Shown here piece after piece: positions 28,481-38,138 of a DNA stretch of 64,000 nucleotides (position 1 is the stretch's first letter; the number at the start of each line of letters is the position of its first letter). This DNA comes from an uncultured Phycisphaerales bacterium (GTDB lineage Bacteria; Planctomycetota; Phycisphaerae; Tepidisphaerales; Tepidisphaeraceae). Location of the stretch: NCBI GenBank assembly GCA_963755915.1, contig CAVWLP010000003.1, positions 576,001 to 640,000 of the forward strand, read 5' to 3'. The notes below the pieces were generated by a model. It was not told the origin of the DNA. It ran no database searches and saw only the letters and a list, made by a program, of their open reading frames with translations. The position numbers were made by a program, and so were the translations under genes.

Positions 28481-29065
28481 ATGTTTACTGGCATTGTTGA
28501 AAAAATATCGAAGGTTGCCGCTGTTATCGACAGTGGGAATTTCCGGCGGCTGGAACTCAAGTTGGATTTCGATGTTCAGATTGGGCAAAGCATTGCGGTC
28601 AACGGCTGCTGCCTGACCGTTGCCGAGGTGTCGCCTCAGGGCGCATTTTTTGACGTGATCAAGGAGACGCTGGACAAGACCAACCTAGGGATGCTTGAGG
28701 CGGGAGATGAGGTGAATATCGAGCGCTGCCTTAAGGTCGGCGATCGCGTCGACGGGCATTTTGTGCAGGGGCACGTCGATGGAACCGCACTGCTGATGGA
28801 GGTTATCGGAAGCGCCCAGGAATACGTTCTACGGATGGAGACGACGGCGGAATTGGCCAAATATATCGCTCCAAAAGGATCGGTGGCGCTCGACGGGGTG
28901 AGCCTGACCGTGGCGAAAGTGAACGGGCAAATGTTTGAGGTTGCGCTAATTCCGACGACCTTGCAAAAGACAACCCTGGGGAAAAGGGCGCGGGGATGGG
29001 ACTTTAATCTCGAGACCGACATATTGAGCAAGACGGTGGTGTCATGGCTGGAGCGTCAGAAATAA
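28481..29065 (+). CDS. ribE: Riboflavin synthase (alpha chain)
   Basis: MFTGIVE, SIAVNGCCLTV, GHFVQGHVDG, KGSVALDGVSLTV, NLETDILSK. Confidence 0.95.
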   Translation: MFTGIVEKISKVAAVIDSGNFRRLELKLDFDVQIGQSIAVNGCCLTVAEVSPQGAFFDVIKETLDKTNLGMLEAGDEVNIERCLKVGDRVDGHFVQGHVDGTALLMEVIGSAQEYVLRMETTAELAKYIAPKGSVALDGVSLTVAKVNGQMFEVALIPTTLQKTTLGKRARGWDFNLETDILSKTVVSWLERQK

Positions 29066-30190
29066 ACCCCCTGAAACGACTGCACGAAGAGGCGGAGGCG
29101 GAGTTTCAGGCGTATGGGGACGTCGAAGTCGTCTGCACTTTCGGCGAGCCCCAGGCGGAATACGCGGCGATCCGCAAGGCGTGCGCGATGTTCGACGCCG
29201 CTCAGCGGGGAATCCTCAAAATAACCGGCCTTGATCGCATCGATTTTCTGAACCGATTTTTGACGAATCGGCTGGCAGAAAAGGATGGCAAAAACCCCAT
29301 CGCGCCGGGCCAGGGCGTGTATGCATTCCTGCTGAACAACAAGGGGCGGATCGTTGCGGACATGAATGTCCTGGAAAGAGGGGATTGCACCCTGCTGGAA
29401 ACCGATGCGCGGAATGCCGGAACGCTGAAAACGACGCTTGAGAAATTTGTCTTTGCGGAGAAGGTGGGGTTCGAAGAGTTGGCAGGCGCAAAGCATGAGA
29501 TTGGGCTGCATGGGCCGGGGAGCGTGGAAGTCCTGCGATCGATTGGCGTGGATTGCGCGGGGATGGGGGTGATGGGATCGAAGACCGCGACGATTGACGG
29601 GATTGAAATATTGGTCTGGCGGGATGATCCGTGTGGCGTGCCGGGGTATTGGCTCGTGGTGGATTCAGGGAATGTCGCGAAGGTTTGGATGAAAATTCTA
29701 TCAGGAATTTCTGGCCAGGGGATTGGGAAGCGCGCTGTTCGGCCGGCGGGGTGGGCGGTGTTCAATGCGACGAGGATTGAAGCGGGACGGGCGATGTTTG
29801 GGATCGATTTCAACGATTCGGTCCTGCCGGCGGAAACCGGGCAGCTCGAGCGCGCGGTGAGCTTTACCAAGGGGTGTTACCTGGGCCAGGAGATCGTCGC
29901 CCGCATGCATGCGCGGGCAGGTGGCGCGGCAAATCATCGGGATTCGAATGAAAGAAGATGCCCTGCCGATCGCGGGGACGGCGATTCTCGATAAGGAGAA
30001 GAACCAGATCGGCGGGATCACCAGCAGCACGATTTCACCGGTGCTCTCGAACGCGGCGATTTGTTTGGGAATGGTCAAGAGCACATTTGCCGCGGTGGGG
30101 ACGGAATTGCAGATCGCGGCGGAGGGGGCGTTTCGGACCGGGACGGTGGTGAAGTTGCCATTTATTGGCGCATCAGACCCAGGGAAGTGA
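29044..30190 (+). CDS. YgfZ/GcvT-like folate-binding protein (frameshift near 29915)
   Basis: G.DRIDFL, LNNKGRIVAD, RIEAG, signature KGCYLGQE, ITSSTISP. Confidence 0.85.
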
Positions 30191-30198
30191 GGGATATT

Positions 30199-31005
30199 GT
30201 GGCCCAATCCCCCTACCGCGTCGCGGCGGGACAGAAAGTGAAGCTTTCGAAATGGTCGACCGACGACACCGGCCCGTTTCGCGAAAAGGCGCATGCGAAG
30301 GAATCAACGAAGACGAACATGAAGCGGCTGATTGAATTGCAGTCGCTGTTGTATGCCTCGGCGAGCCACAGCATTTTGATCGTGCTTCAGGCGATGGATG
30401 CCGGCGGGAAAGACGGGGCGATCAGCCATGTCTTCAGCGGGGTCAATCCGCAGGGGTGCAACGTCACGAGCTTCAAAGTTCCATCGCACCTGGAGCTGTC
30501 GCACGATTATTTGTGGAGATATCACCAGGCCTGCCCCGCGAAGGGAATGATCGAGATTTTCAACCGCTCGCATTATGAGAGCGTGCTGGTGGAGCGGGTG
30601 AGGAAGATCGTTCCCAAGGACGTCTGGTCGCGGCGATATGAGCAAATCAACCGGTGGGAGCAGATGCTGATCAGCGAGAAGACGGTGATCCTTAAATTCT
30701 TCCTGCACATTTCCCGGCAGGAGCAGAAAAAACGGCTGGAAGCGCGCCTCCAGGACAAATCAAAGAACTGGAAGCTCGATGCCTCCGATATCGGCGAACG
30801 AAAGCATTGGGACGCGTACGCGGAGGCGTTTGAGGAGTTGCTCGAAAAATGCTCGTCGGAGGAAGCGCCTTGGTACATCGTGCCGGCGGATCACAAATGG
30901 TTTCGGAACTGGGTGATTTCAAGCACGATCGTGCAAACGATGCAGAAGCTCAATATGAAGTATCCGAAAGCGCCGAAGGGACTGGAAAAGATGCGGATCA
31001 AATAG
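30199..31005 (+). CDS. ppk2: Polyphosphate kinase 2 family protein
   Basis: LQAMDAGGKDG, GVNPQG, FNRSHYE, KFFLHIS, APWYIVPADHKW. Confidence 0.92.
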   Translation: MAQSPYRVAAGQKVKLSKWSTDDTGPFREKAHAKESTKTNMKRLIELQSLLYASASHSILIVLQAMDAGGKDGAISHVFSGVNPQGCNVTSFKVPSHLELSHDYLWRYHQACPAKGMIEIFNRSHYESVLVERVRKIVPKDVWSRRYEQINRWEQMLISEKTVILKFFLHISRQEQKKRLEARLQDKSKNWKLDASDIGERKHWDAYAEAFEELLEKCSSEEAPWYIVPADHKWFRNWVISSTIVQTMQKLNMKYPKAPKGLEKMRIK

Positions 31006-31010
31006 CGCGA

Positions 31011-31361
31011 TCAAGCGGCGAGGGTATCCGGGGGCTGGCGGAGATGAGAGGTTTCCTCGCGGGCCGTGCGCCAGTGGGACAGATCCGCGGATGATTCATC
31101 GGCGGATGATTCTTCTGGGGATTCCTCGTCGCGGTTGATGGGCCGGAAGGTGAGGGCGGCGAATTCTTCCTTAGTGATAACGGGCTCGGAAACGGGAGGA
31201 CGCGGGGTGGAGTGGGCGAAGCCACGGCCGTGAAGGTCGACGAAGAGAAACTGGCCGTCGACGAGCGATTGGATGGATCCGTCGGCGATGCCGGCGAGGA
31301 TGTGATCCACGCTGACTCCCCAGATTTCGGCTGCGATTGACGGTGCCACCCACGCGGACAT
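31011..31361 (-). CDS. Small hypothetical protein with HTH_17/excisionase-like N-terminus
   Basis: AGGAG RBS; SIAAEIWGVSVDHILAGIADGSI pattern followed by an acidic tail. Confidence 0.5.
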   Translation of the reverse strand: MSAWVAPSIAAEIWGVSVDHILAGIADGSIQSLVDGQFLFVDLHGRGFAHSTPRPPVSEPVITKEEFAALTFRPINRDEESPEESSADESSADLSHWRTAREETSHLRQPPDTLAA

Positions 31362-31467
31362 TGGTCTGCTCTCCTGAGTTCGGTACTTGGAAGTGAATCG
31401 GTCAGATTTTTGCGGCCCTGAAGAAGAAAAAATAATGCGTCGGGGGGGCAAAAAAAGTAAAGGAGGG

Positions 31468-32568
31468 TCAGACAAACATGTAGACGTAGGCGGCGAAAGT
31501 GACCGCGGCCAAGCCGGCGCTGGCGGCCAGGGCCCAGAGCCAGCTTTTCCGCTCCAGGGCAAGGGCGAAGGTGGCGATGGTGACGCCAGCCTGAGCGGCC
31601 AGCATGCCGTAGAAGAACTTTTTGCTGCGGTCGCGGTGCCGGTCGGAAATGAAGCCGTCGTGGTGCACCACAATCTCGTAAAGCTGGGCAAGGACTTCGT
31701 TATAGCGGGCGTCCTGCATCTGGCGGTTGGATTCGAAGCGTAGCTGGGCGCTGGTGAGGGTTACGCGGAGCTGGGTCGCCAGATCGTGAACGGCGGCAAC
31801 GACCGGGTCGAGGTCTTTGATGCCGTTATCGGCCGCGATGTGGCGGGCGGAACGCTCGAACGTCCAGACCTGCTGGGAAATCTGGGTGAAGATGGAGGCG
31901 ATGGAATCGCGGTCCTTGGCCACCTGTCCGGCGGCGGTTTCGAAAGCGCTCGAGTTATCGGATGCGACGTTGACCGCCTGGTCGAGGTCTGTCTGAGAAA
32001 TGGCGCCCGCCTGGGTTTCGACATCGGCATCGCTGGTTGCGTGCGAATTCATTGCCGTCAAAAGACTCTGGATTTGCGGGGTGGGAATGGGGTGTTCCTG
32101 AATCGTCGGGGCCTCGGCCTTGCCAAATTTGAGAACCTGATCGGCCGGGAGCTTACCGAATTGGGTGGAGAGGGAGGCGACGGCGTCGCCGGCCGGGGAA
32201 AGCGTCGCGGCCACCGCGGATGACTGCTTCATCTGATCGGCCAGGCGCGAGGTCATGTCCTGCAAATCCTTCGGGTCGAAGGGCGTGGGCGGGGTCATGG
32301 TGGTGAGGATCTGAAGCGTGCTGTCGTACTGCTGGGCGCGGATGCGCTTGGCCTGGTAGTAGCCCCACTGGTCGGAGACCTTGGACTCCATCTGGGCGGC
32401 CAGCGACCGGTAATACTGGGCGTTGCTCATCTCGCTGGAGGACATACCGGCGAGAATCGTCGCGACGACGGTGAGGATTACCGGAGTGGAGAAGACGATT
32501 TTATCCCAGAGGGAGCGCTTTTTGCCGGGGTCGGTGAGGGGGGACAGTTGCGAGGAGATTTTGGACAT
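31468..32568 (-). CDS. DUF4337-like membrane protein
   Basis: TPVILTVVATILAG, SDQWGYYQAKRIR, C-terminal transmembrane pair. Confidence 0.65.
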   Translation of the reverse strand: MSKISSQLSPLTDPGKKRSLWDKIVFSTPVILTVVATILAGMSSSEMSNAQYYRSLAAQMESKVSDQWGYYQAKRIRAQQYDSTLQILTTMTPPTPFDPKDLQDMTSRLADQMKQSSAVAATLSPAGDAVASLSTQFGKLPADQVLKFGKAEAPTIQEHPIPTPQIQSLLTAMNSHATSDADVETQAGAISQTDLDQAVNVASDNSSAFETAAGQVAKDRDSIASIFTQISQQVWTFERSARHIAADNGIKDLDPVVAAVHDLATQLRVTLTSAQLRFESNRQMQDARYNEVLAQLYEIVVHHDGFISDRHRDRSKKFFYGMLAAQAGVTIATFALALERKSWLWALAASAGLAAVTFAAYVYMFV

Positions 32569-32578
32569 GTAGGGGGGG

Positions 32579-33181
32579 TCAGGGAAGTCCGCCGACCCAT
32601 TTGCGGAATGCCTTGACGACGGCGTTATTTTTTTCGGTTTCGAAACGCTTTAGAAAGGCATTGAAACTGTCCATGGGAAGAAAGGGAAACAGGCGGCTGG
32701 AGTTTTGTTCTCCATATCGACCGTCGGGATCAAGATGCAAAACAGTGAGTCGCTTGCCGTCGTATCGCCAAAGTTCCCGGACACCAAGGGCGGCATAAAT
32801 CGGTTGGCGTGAGATTGAGCGGGAGGTGATATCGATTTCAATCGCGAGGTCGGAAGGTGGGATATCCTCGCGCCCTACGTAATAGCACTCATCCGGCTCA
32901 AGTCCCGCCTCCTTTTCTCGCGAGTTGAAGGTGATCGAACCACCAGGAACGATATCGATGTCGCGTTCCTGGCACATTCCCTCGATCAACTGGGAGATCC
33001 GTTTTTTCGAATACTCGTGCTCTTCAAGAGGAGCCATGATTTCGATGCTCCCGTTGTGGTAGGTAATGCGAATGGGGCTGTCGCCGACTTCCTTGAGAAG
33101 TCGCTCATAGAAATCCCACGAAATATAATCCAGCACGATGTGCTGCTGATCGACCAAGGAGCTTGGAGCGGCTAACGTCAT
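32579..33181 (-). CDS. Uma2-family endonuclease
   Basis: ISWDFYE, RITY..G.IEIMAP, LEPDECYY, DLAIEIDIT, YAALGVRELWRYDG. Confidence 0.9.
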   Translation of the reverse strand: MTLAAPSSLVDQQHIVLDYISWDFYERLLKEVGDSPIRITYHNGSIEIMAPLEEHEYSKKRISQLIEGMCQERDIDIVPGGSITFNSREKEAGLEPDECYYVGREDIPPSDLAIEIDITSRSISRQPIYAALGVRELWRYDGKRLTVLHLDPDGRYGEQNSSRLFPFLPMDSFNAFLKRFETEKNNAVVKAFRKWVGGLP

Positions 33182-33211
33182 TACGGTGTATTTTACCCTG
33201 CGACGATACCG

Positions 33212-34369
33212 TTAATCCAGCCAATCTTTGGCCTTCAGCCGCTGCGGGACGTATTCCTCGGTCACGTAGCTGATGTCCTTGGCGATCAGGGATTCCACTT
33301 CCATCTTGAATCCGTTGGAATTCAAGCGGTTGATTTCGCGCTGCCAGTCTTTGTGGTCTTTGAACCAGGGGTAGGCGGCGATTTCGCCGGCGCGTTTTTT
33401 GTCGGTGTCGGTGAGGGCGATCTGCACGCTGTCGGGCAGCTTGCAGTCGGTGTAGTCCTTGGCGCGGATGCCAAGGAATTTGGCGTCGGGGATGGCGAGG
33501 CGTTCGGATTCGAAGGCGAGGCTCATGGAGCCCTGCTTGATCACGCTGTAGATGTAGTGCCCCCAGGGGTCGCAATCGAGCAGGCAATAGATGGGGAGCT
33601 TGAGTTCGTGGTTAAGGCGTTTGAGGAGCCGGCGGACGCCGCGCGGCGGTTGGCCGCTGCCTTCGGTGAGGATGCAATTGTGCTTTTCCCAGAAGCGGTC
33701 TTCGTTGAAGCGTTGCCAGACGGTGTTTTTTTCGACGTGGAGGACGAATTTGGCCTCGCATTTTTTGAATTCGAGCGTGTCCGGCTCGACGATGCTGGGG
33801 ACGGCCTAACCGCCGGAGCCCATGCGGCGGAGGTCGATCTCATCCGATCGGCCAGGCACGCCGTTATCGACGACGGTCAGATTTCCCGCGACGGTGCCGG
33901 CTTTTTTCGCGAAGACGTGAAGCTCTTCGCGCAGGACGCCCAGGGCGACTTCGAGGTCTTCGAGAATCGGGTCCGATTCGTCCTGGGTTTCGAAGGTGTT
34001 CTCCTTGGTACCGGCGACGGTGTGCTTGGCGGCGTAGAACATTCCGCGGAGCGTCAGCGTCTTTTCCCGCTCGATCAGCTCCTTGATGCTGCTGGCGTGC
34101 AGCAGCGTCTGCATGTACTGCCTGGCCTGGTTGAGATTGAAGAGCTGGCGGTCGGCCTTGTTGTCGCCCATTTCCAGGATGCCGCGCTTCTTGTTCCAGA
34201 GGGTGTTGGACTTGGCACGAACCGGGATTTTGAGGGTCGGTTCCCGGCCGGCGAAGGTTTTGGTTGCGACGTCGTCGGCAAGGCCGACGATTTTGGTCAT
34301 TGTCGATTTGTCGCGCTGCTTGATGCGATTCAGAACGCCGGCAGCGGTTTCCGATTTTGATTTGGCCAT
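33212..34369 (-). CDS. top6A: DNA topoisomerase VI subunit A (Spo11-like) with one in-frame TAG at 33806-33808
   Basis: LRGMFY (catalytic Tyr region), FETQDESDPILEDLE, toprim VEK and DCDPWG. The ORFs 33806-34369 and 33212-33544 are in the same frame. Confidence 0.88.
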
Positions 34370-34401
34370 GATTTTTCTCCTGGGTCGGGGCTTAAATTGA
34401 C

Positions 34402-36516
34402 TTAGAATAGCTCCGCATCGTCACTTTTCTTCCGCTTGGATTTTGATTTCTTTGGCGCGGGGCCCTCATCTTTTGGCGGCTCGACAGGTGCGGCGGTGGT
34501 CGCGACGCGGCTTTCGACCATCACCACGCCATCATCCTTCTCCAACTCCTCATCTGCCTTAACGGTGCGGCCCTCCTCGTCGAGCTTGGCGTCGGCTATC
34601 GCGGTACGCCGCTTGGCCTGGGCCTGGAGTGCTTCATAGAGCTTGGTGACGGGCGTCTTGTTGATCTTATTGACGGCCTGGCTGATCTCACCGATGTAGC
34701 GGGCGAAAACATCGCGCCGCTCGGCCTGGCGCTGCATCGTCTGGCGCTTACGGAGATAGGTGCCGAGCTTGCGGCCGCATTCCATCAGGGCGAGCTTCAT
34801 CTCCTTGCGGATTTCGTCATAGTCGGCGATCGCTTCCTTCGATTCGCTGGTGAACGGCACCCACACGCTGGCCATGTGAATCATGATTACCAGTGGGCCG
34901 ACGGGAACGGAGCCGCGCGGCTGGGAAAGGTTGTAATTTCTCCAGCCGGTTTCGGCGACTGCCTTAAAGCTGCTGCATGCGCTCTGCTGAAAGAGCAGCG
35001 GAACGCGGTTTGCGAAGCGAATGACGCGGGCGGTATCGTCCGCCGGAAGCTCGCCACCGAAGGCGATGGCCGCTTCGATCTGGAACGGCCGGCCGCGATA
35101 GACATCCGGCTCGCGGCTGCTGGCGGCGTAAAACTCGGCCTGCACGCCCTTCAGAAGCCCGGTCAGTAGCTGCCGCACGCCGATGGGGGCGAGGCAATCC
35201 GTCGGCGGGGAGGGAAGTTTTGCTTCCTGAAAACTCTGGAAAAGTTTTTCGACCTGGTTAGGCTCGAGATCGGAAACTTTCGTCCGGCTGTGGACGCCGA
35301 TCGACTTGCAGAAGTCGCTCGCCTTGCCAGGGGAGACGCGGGAGAATTTTTCCTGGAGGAAATTATAGAGGGTTCCGCCGCGTTTGTTGGAGTCCTCGTA
35401 ATCCTTCATCATCTGGATGAGGATTCCCAGTTCGATCCCCTTGGGATGGGGTTGGATTTCCTTCGTTTCCGGGGGAAGCTGCTCGGTGCCCCGCGGGAAG
35501 AGAATGACGCCGTCCTTTTCGGTCGTCGCCAGCGTCGGGTCGATGCCGTCCGGCGCGGTCGCGGCAACAGGCTCCGCCGGCGCGGCCGCATCCTTGGCGG
35601 CATTCGTCAGCGGCAGATCTTCCTGGTCGTCGGCGCTGACACGGGTTGGGGGAACGAAGCTGATTCGCGCATGGGGGTTGGCGATCGCGCACAGCTCGAG
35701 GAATTCATCAACGCTGCCGCGGCCTTTCTGGTAGCGGCCTTCCAATTCGATGCTGACGCTGGTGCCGGTTTCGAAATCTTCGGGGTTGAGGAATCCGGGG
35801 TCGCGCGTGCCGGAATTTAAGGTCTTAAATCGCTGCGGTGGGAAATCGGCCTTGTCATCTTCGTGGCTGACCTCGGCCCGGTTGGTCTTGGTGTTCATGG
35901 CCAGCTCGATGTGGTGAGCCGGCTTTTTTGCGTGGGGGCGGGTGTGGATGACCATGGGCTTGCCGGTGGTGATCAGGCCATACATTCCGGCCGCGCTGAT
36001 GCCAATGCCCTGCTGTCCGCGCCACATTTTCAGGCGATGGAACTTGCTGCCGAAGAGGAGCCGGCCGAAAACATTCTCGACCTGCTTGCGGACAATGCCG
36101 GGGCCGTTGTCGATGACGGTGACGCGATAGCGCGATTGCTTCGCGGTGGCGGGCCGATCGGGCTGAAGGTCTTCGATGATGACGGCAACATTTGGAAGGA
36201 TGCCGGCCTCTTCGCAGGCGTCGAGCGAATTGTCGACGGCTTCCTTGACGGTGGTAAGCAGCGCCTTGCGCGGATTGTCGAAGCCCAGCAGATGCCGGTT
36301 CTTGGCGAAGAACTCGCTGACGGCGATGTCCTTCTGCTTGGCGGCCAGCGTATCGGCGGTCTCGCGGCGGGTAGGCTTTGATCGGCGCGAGCCGGCGCCG
36401 TTTTTATCGGAACCTGATTCGGTTTGAGATTTGAAGAGCGTTTCGTTTTCGCGTTCGACGGATTCGTTCTGCTTCGCTTCGCGCAAATCCTGCATGCGGT
36501 GGGTCCTCCGTGCCAT
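34402..36516 (-). CDS. top6B: DNA topoisomerase VI subunit B
   Basis: VSEFFAKNRHLLGFDNP, KEAVDNSLDACEE, DNGPGI, RGQQGIG, RFANRVPL, VPFTSESKEAIA. Confidence 0.93.
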   Translation of the reverse strand: MARRTHRMQDLREAKQNESVERENETLFKSQTESGSDKNGAGSRRSKPTRRETADTLAAKQKDIAVSEFFAKNRHLLGFDNPRKALLTTVKEAVDNSLDACEEAGILPNVAVIIEDLQPDRPATAKQSRYRVTVIDNGPGIVRKQVENVFGRLLFGSKFHRLKMWRGQQGIGISAAGMYGLITTGKPMVIHTRPHAKKPAHHIELAMNTKTNRAEVSHEDDKADFPPQRFKTLNSGTRDPGFLNPEDFETGTSVSIELEGRYQKGRGSVDEFLELCAIANPHARISFVPPTRVSADDQEDLPLTNAAKDAAAPAEPVAATAPDGIDPTLATTEKDGVILFPRGTEQLPPETKEIQPHPKGIELGILIQMMKDYEDSNKRGGTLYNFLQEKFSRVSPGKASDFCKSIGVHSRTKVSDLEPNQVEKLFQSFQEAKLPSPPTDCLAPIGVRQLLTGLLKGVQAEFYAASSREPDVYRGRPFQIEAAIAFGGELPADDTARVIRFANRVPLLFQQSACSSFKAVAETGWRNYNLSQPRGSVPVGPLVIMIHMASVWVPFTSESKEAIADYDEIRKEMKLALMECGRKLGTYLRKRQTMQRQAERRDVFARYIGEISQAVNKINKTPVTKLYEALQAQAKRRTAIADAKLDEEGRTVKADEELEKDDGVVMVESRVATTAAPVEPPKDEGPAPKKSKSKRKKSDDAELF

Positions 36517-36544
36517 GTGTGTGGTTGCCGATTCTACCGGAAAG

Positions 36545-36937
36545 TTATCGGCAGTCGTGAACGGGAATCTTCAGCCCAGTCGTTAGGGGATTGTATGGGA
36601 TTGGTAATTTGTTTTCCAGACAGTGGAAGGGCTCCTGAGTGTTACGGCGGAGAAGGGCGCGATTTCCGCGGAATTTCCTACTTTCCAACTCCCAGTTTAT
36701 CTCAGTTTTTCCCAAATTGCGGTCGTGCGCCGCGAGAGAGTGGAGCAGTGGAGAGAGGCCCTCACCCCGGCCCTCTCCCGGAATACCGGGCGAGGGGGTA
36801 AGAGGGGAGTGCCGGGCGACGGGTGAGAAGGGACATGCGATCGCCCTGGTCGATTCCCCACAATTCCCCAAAATTCCCCAATTTTCGGATAGGGGGAGAT
36901 GGGGATTTGAAATTTGAGATTTCAGATGAGTGGACAT
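36545..36937 (-). CDS. Small repeat-laden hypothetical ORF (paralogous context to 12494-12778)
   Basis: GGAG RBS; follows the conserved upstream element; contains a REP-C hairpin and 10-nt periodic motifs. Confidence 0.35.
   Translation of the reverse strand: MSTHLKSQISNPHLPLSENWGILGNCGESTRAIACPFSPVARHSPLTPSPGIPGEGRGEGLSPLLHSLAAHDRNLGKTEINWELESRKFRGNRALLRRNTQEPFHCLENKLPIPYNPLTTGLKIPVHDCR
36756..36807 (+). repeat. REP-C hairpin
   Basis: AGGCCCTCACCCCGGCCCTCTCCCGGAATACCGGGCGAGGGGGTAAGAGGGG; 46/52 identical to 52006-52057. Confidence 0.9.
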
Positions 36938-36960
36938 AGACACTCCGGCGGACAAAACAT

Positions 36961-37075
36961 TACGCCTCTATATACAGGTCCGGAGGTGCACGTTTTGTAC
37001 CTATTTTTGCAAAAATCCGGGAGTTTTTTTTATGCGATCGATTGGAATGCAAAGAATCTGACAGGGGGCAATGGA
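36961..37075 (-). promoter_or_regulatory. Conserved ~120-bp upstream element (copy 2)
   Basis: Reverse complement aligns with 12251-12369. Confidence 0.6.
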
Positions 37076-37117
37076 TGGGGTGTTAAAAGAATTCGGCCGC
37101 TCAGATGGGGACGGAAG

Positions 37118-38071
37118 TTATTTCGTCAGATCCGCAAGCAGAGCCGCGAGGCGATACCCCGCGAGAGCGATCCGTTCATCCGCTGCTGCGAGAGCTTTCT
37201 GGGCGTAGCCATCTGGAAGTGCCGGCACGGAATGCGGATCGGAAATCGCCTGGTCCTTCGCGGCATGGGGAAGAGTTCCGTTTTGATAGGCAACGGATTG
37301 CGCGATCGCGTGGCTCTCCATGGCCCAGTCGATAAGCGAAAGATCGGCAATCTGATTCTTTAGCTGCGAGGCGGGATGCGCCGACTCGATCCGATCGGCA
37401 GCCTTGCGTACTTCATCCGGCGTAAGGAAAAGTCCCTCAACATCATCCCAATAGGCGTGCAGCGCGATCGGAACCTTCTGGGCATCGAGAACCATTTCCA
37501 GATTTCCCCCCTGGTCACCCTGCGGATATTCCTTCGAGAAAAGAGACGTGGAATGCAGCGGCTGGTGAATGTCGCCGACGAGGTGCTCGATCCAGCAGAG
37601 ATCAATCGCGCGGCGCGAGGGGGGAGTATGGGGATCCTTGAATTGCGCGGTGATCTTGTCCATCGCCTGAAGAAGATTGGCGGGATCGGAATGCCCGTCC
37701 CAAGCGATGACCGGCTGTGGCCCGTTCACGCCGTCCAGATCGTAGGGGAAATCGACGAAGTGCCAGTGGGGATGATTTTCCGTGCGATTAAGCGGATGCA
37801 CCGGATAGCGCACCATGTCCGGCCAGGTGGCGGCGCGGAGGAACATCGCCAGGTTGGTGTCGGCGGGGCGCTGCTCATCGTGCAGGAGGTCCTGCTTCAG
37901 GCGGGGGTGATTTTCTAAAATCGCTCCGATGGCCGATCGATTGGCCGGGGAAAGCTGGTCGTAGGCGATCTGGGCAATGATTTCATGCCCGGTGCTGTTC
38001 CAGGCGAAGCAGGGAACGGCAAAAAAGGTCGAAATTAAGGCAGCAAAGAGGCTGCGCAGGGGATGGGTCAC
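37118..38071 (-). CDS. S1/P1 nuclease
   Basis: Signal peptide then WNSTGH, AATWPD, WHFVD, HLVGDIHQPLH, DQGGN, LHAYWD, LAGYRLA. Confidence 0.9.
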   Translation of the reverse strand: MTHPLRSLFAALISTFFAVPCFAWNSTGHEIIAQIAYDQLSPANRSAIGAILENHPRLKQDLLHDEQRPADTNLAMFLRAATWPDMVRYPVHPLNRTENHPHWHFVDFPYDLDGVNGPQPVIAWDGHSDPANLLQAMDKITAQFKDPHTPPSRRAIDLCWIEHLVGDIHQPLHSTSLFSKEYPQGDQGGNLEMVLDAQKVPIALHAYWDDVEGLFLTPDEVRKAADRIESAHPASQLKNQIADLSLIDWAMESHAIAQSVAYQNGTLPHAAKDQAISDPHSVPALPDGYAQKALAAADERIALAGYRLAALLADLTK

Positions 38072-38138
38072 GCTTAAGAATTGTATTGGCCCAACGCCGC
38101 GGGACAATTGATCGCCGATACATAAAATAAGAGATTCG

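Noticed and set aside
33806-33808. Genome-wide TAG reassignment or pyrrolysine
   Set aside because: TAG acts as the normal stop for proC, menG, ppk2 and flagellin 1. Only one in-frame case was seen and no pyl genes are present.
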